The notes beneath the pieces are model-generated. The model was given only the letters and a program-made list of their open reading frames with translations, was not told where the DNA came from and searched no databases. Below are positions 17,601-26,698 of a DNA stretch of 64,000 bases, piece after piece. This stretch comes from Candidatus Uhrbacteria bacterium (lineage in GTDB: Bacteria; Patescibacteriota; Patescibacteriia; UBA9934; GWF2-40-263). Both the position numbers and the translations under genes were made by a program. The stretch's first letter is position 1; each line of letters opens with the position of its first letter. Location: the NCBI GenBank assembly GCA_016188475.1, contig JACPHT010000007.1:16467-80466 (forward strand), written 5' to 3'.

Positions 17601-18962
17601 CCCTGGATCTCCACATTGCCAAGCGGCCTGCGCCATTTTATCCATTAGCTCTTTTGCTTTCCAAGTTTGAACTGGAGCGCCGGTCATAACAGCGTGCGTT
17701 GTCCAGTCTTCATCTTTTTCAACAGATTGCATAAACGCGTCTGTCACGCGCACAGAGTTGTTTGCGTTTTGAAAATAAACAGAAGAGTATGCTGATCCAT
17801 CCATTGAACCATCATAACCAGCGTCCATTAACACCCAAGCTTTTTTTTCTTCCTCAACTTTGCATTGAATAAAATCGTTGATGTCTGGATGATCAATATC
17901 CAAGATCACCATTTTTGCGGCGCGACGAGTTTTTCCACCGCTTTTGATCACACCCGCAAAAGCGTCAAGACCCTTCATAAAAGAAACCGGACCTGATGCT
18001 TTTCCATTGCTTCCGCCTAGAAATTCTTGTTTTGATCGTAATTTTGAAAGATTTGTTCCTGTTCCGGATCCGCCTTTGAAAAGCATTCCTTCTGTCACAC
18101 ACAAATTCAAAATAGAGCGCATGTCATCTTCAACTGAATTTATAAAACACGCGCTGCATTGTTGAGGTCGAGAAGTTCCAACATTAAACCAAACTGGCGA
18201 ATTAAACGCCGCCATTTGGTTTACCAAAATATAGTGAAGTTCATCCTCAAAAGCTTGAGCGTCTTCCTGAGTTGCGAAATATCCATCTTTGCGACCCCAA
18301 TTTGAAATTGTTTTTGCAACACGAGAAACAAGTTGCTTGACTGAATATTCTCTGTCATCTTTTCCAATTGTTCCGTAAAAATATTTTGATACAACAATGT
18401 TTGTCGCTGTTTGCGTCCAACTTTTTGGAACTTCTACTCCTTTTTGTTCAAAAACCACTTCGCCTTTTGTTCCACTGATAACCGCGTCGCGTGTTTCCCA
18501 TTCGATTTCATCAAATGGATGAACCTCTGGTTTTGTGAAACGACGCTCAACTGTTATTCCATGACCATAAACCTCGCCACGTTCGTCTGTTTGCACGACC
18601 GCTCTGTAATTTAGATATTTTTTCGCTACATGGATTAGGTTGTTATCGATTAGTGTCACGTTCACAACCTCGCGAACATCGGCAAATGATGGAACACTGT
18701 GCCCATTGAATCTGTGTGTCAGTCGCGTCACTACTTGGCCAGCGATTTTTTCAGCAAGCTTTCCGGATTTGATTCCTGACGCTTCAAGCGCTTGCTTGAT
18801 TGAATGCGCAAGTTTGTGCGGTTCAAACATTTGCTCTGAACCATCGCGTTTGTGAAGCGTTTTTACAGAAGTCATGAACTGCCAAACCGCTTCAGAAATA
18901 TTTTCCGTTCCAGTCGTTGTTTGATTAGTTTGTGAAACGATTTTGTCGGATTGTGACGGCAT
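14661..18962 (-). CDS. nrdJ: Class II (B12-dependent) ribonucleotide reductase NrdJ. It has an N-terminal ATP-cone, a C-terminal Zn-ribbon, and a 366-aa intein.
   Basis: ATP-cone region (VWQFMTSVKTLHKRDGSEQMFEPHKL). RNR core motifs (FNSPVWFNVG, CSACFI, GGSGTG). The intein is inserted in NPC|SEY. The C-terminal CDTCGS..CYKCLNCG is a Zn ribbon. Confidence 0.85.
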   Translation of the reverse strand: MPSQSDKIVSQTNQTTTGTENISEAVWQFMTSVKTLHKRDGSEQMFEPHKLAHSIKQALEASGIKSGKLAEKIAGQVVTRLTHRFNGHSVPSFADVREVVNVTLIDNNLIHVAKKYLNYRAVVQTDERGEVYGHGITVERRFTKPEVHPFDEIEWETRDAVISGTKGEVVFEQKGVEVPKSWTQTATNIVVSKYFYGTIGKDDREYSVKQLVSRVAKTISNWGRKDGYFATQEDAQAFEDELHYILVNQMAAFNSPVWFNVGTSRPQQCSACFINSVEDDMRSILNLCVTEGMLFKGGSGTGTNLSKLRSKQEFLGGSNGKASGPVSFMKGLDAFAGVIKSGGKTRRAAKMVILDIDHPDINDFIQCKVEEEKKAWVLMDAGYDGSMDGSAYSSVYFQNANNSVRVTDAFMQSVEKDEDWTTHAVMTGAPVQTWKAKELMDKMAQAAWQCGDPGIQYDTTINKWHTCKNTDRIYASNPCVTGDTLVSTTSGYKRISDLVGGSAEIIAADGQSSRVDKIFPTGHKKIFELQTKSGYSVRLTEDHKVFTRNRGDVLAKELKPGDVLELKQPGFGNKREDEVVAEMIGLTIGDGCLSTNYKTHQEFAMVVGGREETDMLEMFNFRMNGYKQSVSEDGRGARWSSVVSTQTGVRIGTSSRCILEPLKKYAVLDQGSKEKRFTDEVFSLEKNSQAAILRGLFTADGTVANYENKSQYIALDSVSLTLLRQVQLLLLGFGIKAKIYENRRTSFQSRLPDGKGGWAIYHVQQMHSLRVSRSSRLIFEKEISFLDRSFKSNDLAFMNETVTTYKDELTDKFESLTFVGSEDVFDLTEPRTNHFVANGLVVHNCSEYMFLNDSACNLASLNIMKFRKEVGGLMVFDVDAFKKANEIVVTAMEIIIGNSVYPTPAIEQNSLDYRPLGIGYANLGAFLMSRGVPYDSDEGRNFAAAITSLQSGHCYFQSSKIAEKIGPFAGYKQNEAPCLEVMRMHRDASYEINPNGVPADLLTEARMSWDNVVEHGSLHGLRNAQISVIAPTGTISFLMDCDTTGVEPDIALVKYKWLVGGGMLKIVNNTVPEALTRLGYSQKEREEILAHIEKTDTIENAPHLKQEHLPVFDCAFKAANGTRTIHYMGHVRMMAAVQPFVSGAISKTVNMPHDATSEDIIEVYETGWKLGLKAIAIYRDGSKRQQALTTSKESDAKKQNKGEEGSRRLQTANGVEKEEDKNMPEEKTTVPTVTVSSDNKLRRRRLPDERRAITHKFKVGSHEGYITVGLYDDGSPGELFMTMSKEGSVISGLMDSFATAISIGLQYGVPLEVLVNKFVHMRFEPSGYTNNPQIRIAKSITDYIFRWLAIKFLPQESQISLGINVGVEEKEVKEEDAIGNRQEEEIKQPKLFDTTKTFDNQSDAPACDTCGSIMVRNAACYKCLNCGATSGCS
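16431..17528 (-). mobile_element. Intein (aa 479-844 of NrdJ) carrying a LAGLIDADG homing-endonuclease domain.
   Basis: Begins CVTGDTLV and ends VVHN, followed by Cys+1. Two LAGLIDADG-like blocks are present (MIGLTIGDGCL and ILRGLFTADGTV). The insertion is in the conserved NPC-SEY active-site loop. Confidence 0.8.
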
Positions 18963-19172
18963 AGGTAGAGAAGAAAGTTAGGAAGAAGTGAAAAGCAAGT
19001 GAAAAAGTGATTGAGTGATGGAGTGATAAATGCAGTCAAAAAACAATCCCAACTGGGATCATTCTATTTCTCCTGGGAGGTTCACACAATATCTTGTGGT
19101 ACAACTATATTTTATACCCCAACATATTGTGCGTCAAAGTTCCACTTATCCACAGCAAAACTCTTAAAACGT

Positions 19173-19266
19173 GTCATTGCGAGGAGGCCACTAGGCCGAC
19201 GAAGCAATCTCTGTATTTTCTCTAAAATTGCAGATTGCTTCGCTCACTACTGTCGCTCGCAATGAC
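19173..19266. repeat. Nested-stem element, copy 1 (GTCATTGCGAG..CGAAGCAATCTCT..GATTGCTTCG..CTCGCAATGAC).
   Basis: Related to the copies at 46041-46116 and 59963-60046. Confidence 0.75.
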
Positions 19267-19273
19267 GAATTTT

Positions 19274-19852
19274 TCAAAACCCCATCGTTAAGTTAATCTT
19301 TGGCGCTAATTCCACTTTTTTCTCAAAATTTACAGGAATTGCTCGTCGACCGTGCAAACGATCTTCATACGCAAGCGCTTTATACTTAAGCCCGTATTCG
19401 TAAACCGCTTTTGTGACTTTTACGTCTTGCAAACAATAATCCTTAATTTTCTGAATCTCCCCTTGCTTCCACCATTCAACCGCCTGAAGACCATGACCCG
19501 ATTTGCGCACACCAACTGTCGCGGCCGCAACATCATCAAGTTTTAGTCGAAATCCAAGAACATTGTGAATTTCCTCAAGAATATCAAGACTTGAAAAAGT
19601 AAGAAAATCTCCGCTGTAATAATTATTCATGACTGGATAATCAAAACTTTTTGTGTTGTATCCGATAATTCTGTCAGCCTGTTCCAATTGTTTCCAAAGC
19701 ATAGGTAGTTCTGGTTCTTCAAACGCTTCGTACGTGTCGGTTTCATAAAAATAACAACCAATAACACTGATGAGCAGTTTGTCATGGTTATATCCGCCAA
19801 CATCTTCAAATGTGTTTTGTGTTTCAATATCGAGAACGATTTCTTTGGACAT
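19274..19852 (-). CDS. DEDD-family 3'-5' exonuclease domain protein (DnaQ/RNase D-like).
   Basis: Exo I LDIETQN, Exo II YNTKSFDYPVM and Exo III YCLQDVKVT motifs. Length is 192 aa. Confidence 0.6.
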   Translation of the reverse strand: MSKEIVLDIETQNTFEDVGGYNHDKLLISVIGCYFYETDTYEAFEEPELPMLWKQLEQADRIIGYNTKSFDYPVMNNYYSGDFLTFSSLDILEEIHNVLGFRLKLDDVAAATVGVRKSGHGLQAVEWWKQGEIQKIKDYCLQDVKVTKAVYEYGLKYKALAYEDRLHGRRAIPVNFEKKVELAPKINLTMGF

Positions 19853-19854
19853 AA

Positions 19855-19916
19855 AAGAAAGGTCTGAAAGGTCGGAGAGGACAGAAAGGTCTGAAAGGAG
19901 GGAAAGGTCTGAAAAG
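19855..19916. repeat. Seven tandem 9-bp units AAAGGTCTG in an intergenic spacer.
   Basis: Same family as the dnaX-internal repeat. Confidence 0.75.
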
Positions 19917-19919
19917 TAA

Positions 19920-21338
19920 TTAGGATTCGAGTTTTGAAGAAGAGGCGGCGGCGGTTACAGATTCTGAATACGACGGAAACGCATGGATCATGCTAGCAAG
20001 TTTATCAATGGTTGTGTTTAAATAAATTGCCAAAGCAATTTCGTGAACAATTTCCCCTGCGCGTTCACCGATTATATGCCCACCAAAAATTTTTCGCGTT
20101 TTAGGATGAGCAATTATTTTTATAAGGCCTTCAGAACCGTATTCTGTCGCAGTTCGTCCAAGCGCGGAAAACGGATAACGACCAACCAAAACTTTTCCAA
20201 ACGCATCTTTTGCTTCTTTTTGTGTCATGCCGACCGAGGCAACTTCAGTTGATAAAAACGTTACTCGAGGCACAACGCGTTCGTCAATTTTCATTCGCGA
20301 CGCGCGTTTCTTTTTCGCCAAAAGCGCGGCATTGTGTCCGGCAATATATCCTTCATGATGTGATGTATGAGTAAATTGCATTCCGCCACACACATCGCCT
20401 GCGGCGAAAATATACGGAACTGAAGTTCGTTGTTCATTTGTCGTTATAATGGTTCCACGAGTTCCAAGCCGCATATCTAGCTTTTCCAAACCAAGATCAG
20501 AAGTATTCGCTCGATTTCCTGCCGCTAAAACAACTTGCTCGACAGCGTGCATTGTTTTGTTACCTGAAACGTCAACATGAACTCCGTAAACGCCCCCTCC
20601 TCCGTTTATAACCTCAACCACATTCGCGTTTGTTATTACTTCGACTCCAAGCGATTCAAGCGCTTTACGAGCCAATCCGGCAATTTCAGCATCTTCCCGA
20701 TGTAAAACCTGCGGCGCGCTTTGAATCAAAACAACGCGAGTTCCAAATGATGAGAAAAAAGTTGCTAGTTCACATCCAACCGGACCTCCGCCGATAATTC
20801 CAAGTGACTTTGGCTGACGTTTAAGACTAAGCGCGTCTTTCCAAATTAAATACTTCAATGTTTCTATTCCAGAAATTGAAGGCACAAACTCAACTGAACC
20901 AGTTGCGATCACGAACGTTTTACCGATTAGATTTTCTCCTTTAACTTCGATCGTGTGCTCGTCAAGAAATCTTGCTTTCCCGATTTTTACGGAAATACCG
21001 AGTGAACGAAATATCTTTTCATATCTAGCTCCAAAAGTTCCTCCTCCAGTTATAGACTTAACAACATTCTCACGATATTTCATTACCAAATCGTAATTGT
21101 AAGAAACCGAACCGACACTCACGCCATATTCTCTCGCGCGATTTGCCAAACGATAAACAGACGCGGTTTTGAGAAGCGCCTTCGACGGGACACAAGCATA
21201 ATTTGGACAATCTCCTCCAAGTCTGTCGTTTTCAATAACACAAACACTTGCCCCAACTTTACGCGCGGCTTCAGCTGCTGAAAAGCCAGCGGATCCTGAA
21301 CCGATCACTATTACATCGTACGTTGGTGTTTTGGGCAT
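19920..21338 (-). CDS. Class I pyridine nucleotide-disulfide oxidoreductase (dihydrolipoyl dehydrogenase / MerA-like).
   Basis: FAD motif VIVIGSGSAG. Redox-active GGDCPNYACVPSK. C-terminal dimerisation HAFPSYSE. The start is reassigned to MPKTPTYD (ATG reverse complement at 21338). Confidence 0.75.
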   Translation of the reverse strand: MPKTPTYDVIVIGSGSAGFSAAEAARKVGASVCVIENDRLGGDCPNYACVPSKALLKTASVYRLANRAREYGVSVGSVSYNYDLVMKYRENVVKSITGGGTFGARYEKIFRSLGISVKIGKARFLDEHTIEVKGENLIGKTFVIATGSVEFVPSISGIETLKYLIWKDALSLKRQPKSLGIIGGGPVGCELATFFSSFGTRVVLIQSAPQVLHREDAEIAGLARKALESLGVEVITNANVVEVINGGGGVYGVHVDVSGNKTMHAVEQVVLAAGNRANTSDLGLEKLDMRLGTRGTIITTNEQRTSVPYIFAAGDVCGGMQFTHTSHHEGYIAGHNAALLAKKKRASRMKIDERVVPRVTFLSTEVASVGMTQKEAKDAFGKVLVGRYPFSALGRTATEYGSEGLIKIIAHPKTRKIFGGHIIGERAGEIVHEIALAIYLNTTIDKLASMIHAFPSYSESVTAAASSSKLES

Positions 21339-21353
21339 AGGATCAAAAAAGAT

Positions 21354-21430
21354 AGCAGGTGGTAGGTAGTAAGTAGTAAGTATATTCATAAGAAAAAACG
21401 AATATACCTAATACCTGCTACTTACTACCC
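21354..21430. repeat. Imperfect ~28-bp inverted repeat built from GTAGTA/GTAAGTAG words.
   Basis: Direct reading. The sequence is related to the inverted repeat at 30438-30526. Confidence 0.55.
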
Positions 21431-22419
21431 AATACTTCTTCTGCAACATTCCACAACCGATCGTCGCCATTTTGTTTCAACAAATACCACCATTCAGCTC
21501 CCCACAAATATACTTCTGACAATTTTGCTGATTCGACAAATTCCAAATTATTTCTGAACATATCCTCGTCAAAAGCGTTGTACCATTGTGAAAGTGATCG
21601 AGATTTAATCGGTTCTGGAAACCAGGGTTCAGCTTGAAGTTCAGTCACAATCACTCTGTTAACAAATCTTTGAGCCAACTGAGCGCGAATATAATAATAC
21701 TCCGGTGTGAGCGGATACATAAAATATCCAAACAGATTATTCCATGTTAATCGATACATTGAAATTCCCAAAATGTCTGCGGCTCGTCCTTCGTTTTCCC
21801 AAGACGCAAGTTCCCCGCTGACTGTTATTTGAATTGGCCGAGTAGGGTCAAGCGATCGAACAAGATCAACTCTTTCTTGAAATTGCGGAAGTGTGATTTG
21901 AGAACATTGCCCAAACGGAAAAAACGGTTCATTTTCAACTTGCCAGCGTTCAATAGCTGAAGAATCAATATACCGATTTACAACTGCTTCAATCATCTTA
22001 AGCGCAAGCGATTGTTGTTTATCCTTATCAAACGTCTCTGCCCAATCTGGAATATAACATTCTGGCCAGCGAGGAACTTTTGTACCAACCACAAGCGTTA
22101 ATTTTACGTTATGATCTTCTGAATACGAAATAAGACTGTCTAATTCTTCCCAATCAAATTGATTCTGTGCTTTTTCAATCTCTGACCAATAAACAGGCAA
22201 GCGAACAACTCGAACGCCCAACTCTTCAATTAAAGCGCCGTATGTTTCTTGCACATCCAAGCCAAGCTGTTTTGTGTATACTGATGAAAATGTAATGCCA
22301 AAACGCGTAGGAGTCCGATCCAACTTAGTTTTGAGCTTTTGATTCATCAAAAAAAATAAAGAAAGACCTCCGACAAGAAGAATGAACAAAATTAAAATAA
22401 TTGAGAAACGGGCGCGCAT
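21418..22419 (-). CDS. Membrane-anchored TIM-barrel glycoside hydrolase (GH5-like, ENEP catalytic motif).
   Basis: N-terminal TM. The VENEPFFP motif is typical of clan GH-A. Length is 333 aa. Confidence 0.45.
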   Translation of the reverse strand: MRARFSIILILFILLVGGLSLFFLMNQKLKTKLDRTPTRFGITFSSVYTKQLGLDVQETYGALIEELGVRVVRLPVYWSEIEKAQNQFDWEELDSLISYSEDHNVKLTLVVGTKVPRWPECYIPDWAETFDKDKQQSLALKMIEAVVNRYIDSSAIERWQVENEPFFPFGQCSQITLPQFQERVDLVRSLDPTRPIQITVSGELASWENEGRAADILGISMYRLTWNNLFGYFMYPLTPEYYYIRAQLAQRFVNRVIVTELQAEPWFPEPIKSRSLSQWYNAFDEDMFRNNLEFVESAKLSEVYLWGAEWWYLLKQNGDDRLWNVAEEVLGSK

Positions 22420-22438
22420 TGGTTTTGGGTTTTAGGTT

Positions 22439-24022
22439 TTATGAAATTTCCTCTCGCTTTTCACGTAAAAATGCCAACCAACTTTCAATCAGATCAATCG
22501 TTGCCTTAAACGGCGCTTCAATAATAAAATCAAAAAAGAAAAGAAAGATATTCACACGCGGCGCTCGCATTGCGATCCAACGTCCAACTCGAACGATTGG
22601 CAAAAACAACATATCGCCAATGATTCCAAAAAATCCTCCTGAACTTTCAACAACAAGATATTCATTGCGTGTATTGCGAATACGAAGTCCAAAATACGCA
22701 ACCAATGACAAGAAAAACAAGAAAAAAAGGATTGATAAACCGTTAAAGCCGAAAGTTCGCAATCCCCATGCAATAAGCGTAACTACGCCAATGAAAACCA
22801 GAAGATAAACAAAATGGAAAATGGCCCAAAGCGCGCCACCTCCCCACGCTCGTTTTCGTAGCACGAAAGTCGTATCTTCTCCAAGCTCCAAAAACGCATG
22901 GGTTTCTTCAAGAATTTTCGCATTATTTTTCTTTTTTGGAATTCGAACTGACAGCCCGACGAAGGCGAGCAACAATGGCGGAAATAAGATGTTAACCGCT
23001 AATGGCAAATAATCTGTTGTATGCAAAACAAAAAGCTCGTAAGGATATTCAACGAGTATTGCAAGAATTGATTTGGTAAGAAGAAGGAAAAAAGCGGCTC
23101 GAATAACAGTGCGGGAAAGCCGCGCACGAAAAGCGCTGTATCGCTCTTTAACCGCTGAAGAGATGGCTGAATCAATCGTGCTCACGTCTTGATCTGCGAC
23201 TGCATCAGAAAAAGCTTGAGCATTATCTTTTGCAATATCTCCAATCAAATGAAAAACAATGGAATGACGACGCACAAACCTATAAACAACATCGGCTGAT
23301 TTTTGATGAATCTGCTCTTCAATAGAAGCGATAACTTTTTTCAAATTCGAAGCGATTTCTTGAACAACAGGATCGCTTGATTGCGCCGTACGCCAAGCTG
23401 GATAGTATAACGTTAAAATTCGATATCGAAGCGTCGCGCGATTCGATTTCAAAACACTTCTGTGAACAGCAACGTACAACTGTAAATCGCGATCTTTTTC
23501 TTCAACCGCATTTGTTTCCCATTGAACACGTGCTTTAAGAGCTTGATACGCGTAACTCGCGAGCGACTCATCAACACATGGCGGTGCGACAATATATTCA
23601 ATTTCTGTTGAAAGAACGTCCAAGAGCCACTGATAACGAAATTGACCTTCACGCGTTTCTTCCTCAAGCGTTCCAAACATTTTTTTGTATTTTTCGAGAA
23701 CATTCGCGACCTCAATGATTTTTACACTTGGAACTCTTTTATTTGGAAGATATTTTGCCCAAACAAGTTCTTTCAAGAGGTGAGAAGAAAGCTTTTGTGA
23801 GTCAGTTTCACCAAGACGCCGTTTCAAAACTCGTCGAATTGCATTTCGTCGAAGAAGATGTTCTTCGTCATATTCAAGAGTATTGCGAACTGTTTCGTAC
23901 GCAGAAGCGGCAACCGAAACTGTTTCAGAGACTTTAATGACATCTTCAACGCGCGGTTCTTCTTGCGCCTCCAGATTCATTTGAAGAATTGTCGTAACAA
24001 GATGTTGTAGAGATTTGTCCAT
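22439..24022 (-). CDS. Hypothetical protein with a soluble N-terminal domain and a polytopic C-terminal membrane domain (527 aa).
   Basis: Hydrophobicity pattern only. Confidence 0.4.
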   Translation of the reverse strand: MDKSLQHLVTTILQMNLEAQEEPRVEDVIKVSETVSVAASAYETVRNTLEYDEEHLLRRNAIRRVLKRRLGETDSQKLSSHLLKELVWAKYLPNKRVPSVKIIEVANVLEKYKKMFGTLEEETREGQFRYQWLLDVLSTEIEYIVAPPCVDESLASYAYQALKARVQWETNAVEEKDRDLQLYVAVHRSVLKSNRATLRYRILTLYYPAWRTAQSSDPVVQEIASNLKKVIASIEEQIHQKSADVVYRFVRRHSIVFHLIGDIAKDNAQAFSDAVADQDVSTIDSAISSAVKERYSAFRARLSRTVIRAAFFLLLTKSILAILVEYPYELFVLHTTDYLPLAVNILFPPLLLAFVGLSVRIPKKKNNAKILEETHAFLELGEDTTFVLRKRAWGGGALWAIFHFVYLLVFIGVVTLIAWGLRTFGFNGLSILFFLFFLSLVAYFGLRIRNTRNEYLVVESSGGFFGIIGDMLFLPIVRVGRWIAMRAPRVNIFLFFFDFIIEAPFKATIDLIESWLAFLREKREEIS

Positions 24023-24024
24023 AT

Positions 24025-25350
24025 TTACACAATAAGAGGTAACGGATGTAATTCACTCTTTCGTCCTAAAACAATATCCTCAATTCTATACGTTCCGTGT
24101 GTTGGAGCTTCAATATACCCGTTCCACGCCATTCTTGCCACACCACCAGAAGAAATCCAATCAAATAGCCACTCGTCAGCATATTTTGGATCATTTTGCG
24201 CAACACCACCTCCAACATAATCGAGCCAAACTCGATTAAATTCTTCCTGCGATCCAATCGGCGGAGCCATAATTATTGCAATGCCAAGACCACAATAAAA
24301 AGACAGCTCACTTGGTTTTGTCCAAAGAATGTCAGTCGTTTTTAATAATTCTGTGAAACCTAAAAAGTAAGCGGATCGCGATTCAAACTCCGGAACATTT
24401 ACCCAAGTTCCAAGCGACTTTTTAAGTCCAGCTTCAGAAACAGCTTGGCGATAAAAACGCGCCGCATCTTTTCTAACTCCAGCAACAAGATTAAGCCTGA
24501 TTTTTTGTTGGGCAATTTTTGTTCTAAGACTCTTTAAAATTTGAACACCAAGTTGTCGCTGTGCTCCTGCTCCACCAACACTGTAAGTTAGCGTGAGCGG
24601 ATGCTGTTGTTCTTTTGTGCAATGTATTGTCTCAAGCTCCGCTTTTATCGATCTTGTGTAACGTTCTCTAAAAATTCCTTGAGGATCAAGGTTTAAAATC
24701 CTTGATCTTATTTGTTCTTTGAGCGCAACAGCCTTAGGACCACCGATCAATTCTTTTGGAAGCGGGAAACCCGTTAAAAAAATGTTTTCCTCTTTCACAC
24801 CATATAGTTTCAGACGTTCGACAACGCGACCATTGCTTGCAAAATACTTTATTCGACTGCGTTGTGGATCAAGCGGAGCCCATGTTCTTGAAATATCAGC
24901 GTCAGTTGTCACACACCAGATATCCCCTGGATAGTCATAATAATCAGCCGCAAAAGCCGGTATAAAAAAAGTCGTTATAAGAGGTTTTGGATTTTTTGAA
25001 AGTTCCTCAATCAAATGTTTGCCAAGACCATTTCGAATAGAAGTATAAATTTGTTTAAGTTGAAGATTCGGTTTTGAAAGATCGCGACGCGGATAAAATC
25101 TCGGAATTTCCTGCCATTTGTCAAGCGCTTCAAACAAAAAATTTCCAACAACAGGTATTGGTTTCATCCGTGAGATCGTTTCATAAAGCTTGCGACTTTT
25201 AATCCACAATTTTCTGTCATTATTGGGAATACCTTTGTAATCATTGGCAGAAATAACTTCACCGTTTGAGAGATCGGTAAGCGCATAAGCCGCACGCGAA
25301 TGTCCGTACCCCATATTCACGTCAACAATCCACGCAGAATTGTTAGACAT
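24025..25350 (-). CDS. Hypothetical protein, possibly a GT-B fold glycosyltransferase (MurG/MGDG-synthase-like).
   Basis: An N-terminal VNMGYGHSRAA resembles the GGTGGH loop. The C-terminal region is consistent with a GT-B C-domain. The call is tentative. Confidence 0.35.
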   Translation of the reverse strand: MSNNSAWIVDVNMGYGHSRAAYALTDLSNGEVISANDYKGIPNNDRKLWIKSRKLYETISRMKPIPVVGNFLFEALDKWQEIPRFYPRRDLSKPNLQLKQIYTSIRNGLGKHLIEELSKNPKPLITTFFIPAFAADYYDYPGDIWCVTTDADISRTWAPLDPQRSRIKYFASNGRVVERLKLYGVKEENIFLTGFPLPKELIGGPKAVALKEQIRSRILNLDPQGIFRERYTRSIKAELETIHCTKEQQHPLTLTYSVGGAGAQRQLGVQILKSLRTKIAQQKIRLNLVAGVRKDAARFYRQAVSEAGLKKSLGTWVNVPEFESRSAYFLGFTELLKTTDILWTKPSELSFYCGLGIAIIMAPPIGSQEEFNRVWLDYVGGGVAQNDPKYADEWLFDWISSGGVARMAWNGYIEAPTHGTYRIEDIVLGRKSELHPLPLIV

Positions 25351-25353
25351 ATC

Positions 25354-26064
25354 TTAAAAAAATGATCTTTCTTCAGATTTAGAAATTATCTCAAACGCTT
25401 CATCGGCCGTGTCAACGATAGAAAATAACTTAAGATCTTTTGCGGCAATTGTTTTATGTTTGTTGAGAAGAGTTTTCTCCATCCATTTTACAAGTTCTTC
25501 CCAGTATTCTTTTCCAACACATACAACAGGCGTTGTCTGCATTTTACCAGTTTGAATGAGTGTGATGATTTCAAAAAATTCATCGAGTGTCCCGTATCCG
25601 CCTGGAAAAAATACATAGGCTTGCGCTGATGCCGCCAAAATCACTCGACGAATGAAAAAATAATGAAATCCGCGACCGCGAGTGAGATACGCATTTGCGC
25701 GCTGTTCATTGGGCAACTGAATGTTGAGCCCAAGAGACGTTCCGCCGGCATTGTAAGCGCCTTTATTCCCTGCTTCCATAATTCCAGGCCCACCTCCAGT
25801 TATTACGGTGAACCCATATTTCGCTAGCAAGCGCCCAAGTTTTTCAGCTTCTTTATACCATTGGTCTCCTTGTTTGGAACGCGCTGATCCAAAGAAAGTA
25901 ACCTCGCGCGAAGATTCGGATAGAAATTGAAATCCCTCAACAAACTCTGCCATGATTCGAAATATGCGCCAAGTGATTTCATTCATTCGAGTTGGAGCTT
26001 TAACATGCTCTTTCTCGTCTGGAGCAAGCGGTAAACGGCAAAAATTGTTTGGTTGGTTGTCCAT
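25354..26064 (-). CDS. LOG family protein (cytokinin riboside 5'-monophosphate phosphoribohydrolase-like).
   Basis: GGGPGIMEA and PGGYGTLDE motifs. The start is reassigned to MDNQPNN at 26064. The longer ORF-track start is judged less likely. Confidence 0.75.
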   Translation of the reverse strand: MDNQPNNFCRLPLAPDEKEHVKAPTRMNEITWRIFRIMAEFVEGFQFLSESSREVTFFGSARSKQGDQWYKEAEKLGRLLAKYGFTVITGGGPGIMEAGNKGAYNAGGTSLGLNIQLPNEQRANAYLTRGRGFHYFFIRRVILAASAQAYVFFPGGYGTLDEFFEIITLIQTGKMQTTPVVCVGKEYWEELVKWMEKTLLNKHKTIAAKDLKLFSIVDTADEAFEIISKSEERSFF

Positions 26065-26330
26065 AAATATAGAGGTTGAAAGTAGGAAGTTAGAGGTTGG
26101 AGGTATTTTAACACAAACTATAATTCCGAGCGAAAATACTGCGGTAGTGCAGTAGTGAGATCGGTAGTGGAGCAACAGAATTTCGGCATCTAACGAGTTC
26201 CTGCTTCCCAACTGCTTTCCACTTGACTGTTTTACGGCTTCAGGTAAACTATCACCATAAATTTACGCGAACCACGACTAAAGCCGTGGACTATCAAAAC
26301 CGAACACCCAAAACCTAAAACCTTCCACAT

Positions 26331-26576
26331 ATGTCCAAGTCCTGTCTTATCACTGGCAAAAAAACCACAGTTGGGATGCATGTTTCGCACTCGAAACGAA
26401 GAGTGAAGCGCAAACTGTTTGCTAATTTGCAAACACGCAGACTACTGAATCCTGCAACTGGACGAATGGTAATGGTCACAATTTCAAACCGCGGTCTTCG
26501 CACACTTAAAAAGTGGGATCGCGAAGGAAAAAAATACGATCTCGTTGCTTTGAAAAAAGCAGAACATGTAGCATAA
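26331..26576 (+). CDS. rpmB: 50S ribosomal protein L28.
   Basis: An 81-aa protein beginning MSKSCLITGKKTTVGMHVSHS..RK..NLQ, which matches the bL28 N-terminal pattern. Confidence 0.85.
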   Translation: MSKSCLITGKKTTVGMHVSHSKRRVKRKLFANLQTRRLLNPATGRMVMVTISNRGLRTLKKWDREGKKYDLVALKKAEHVA

Positions 26577-26602
26577 ATAAAACCGGTTATCCCTTGATCG
26601 AA

Positions 26603-26645
26603 GGCAAAATTATAGCCTTCGACAGGCTCAGGCGATAATTTTGCC
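26603..26645. repeat. Hairpin element with a conserved TTCGACAGGCTCA loop (stem GGCAAAATTAT / ATAATTTTGCC, a perfect 11 bp).
   Basis: Direct reading. Confidence 0.75.
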
Positions 26646-26698
26646 GAAGTCGAATGGTATAACCGTTTTTTTGATTAAACGAAAAAGCAACTCAGTGT

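Noticed and set aside
14713-18855. Many 60-100-aa ORFs antisense to, or out of frame within, nrdJ, the large surface-protein gene, the glycosyltransferases and others
   Set aside because: They are fully embedded in long, motif-supported CDSs on the other strand or frame. They show low-complexity or biased composition with no RBS, and are treated as six-frame noise.
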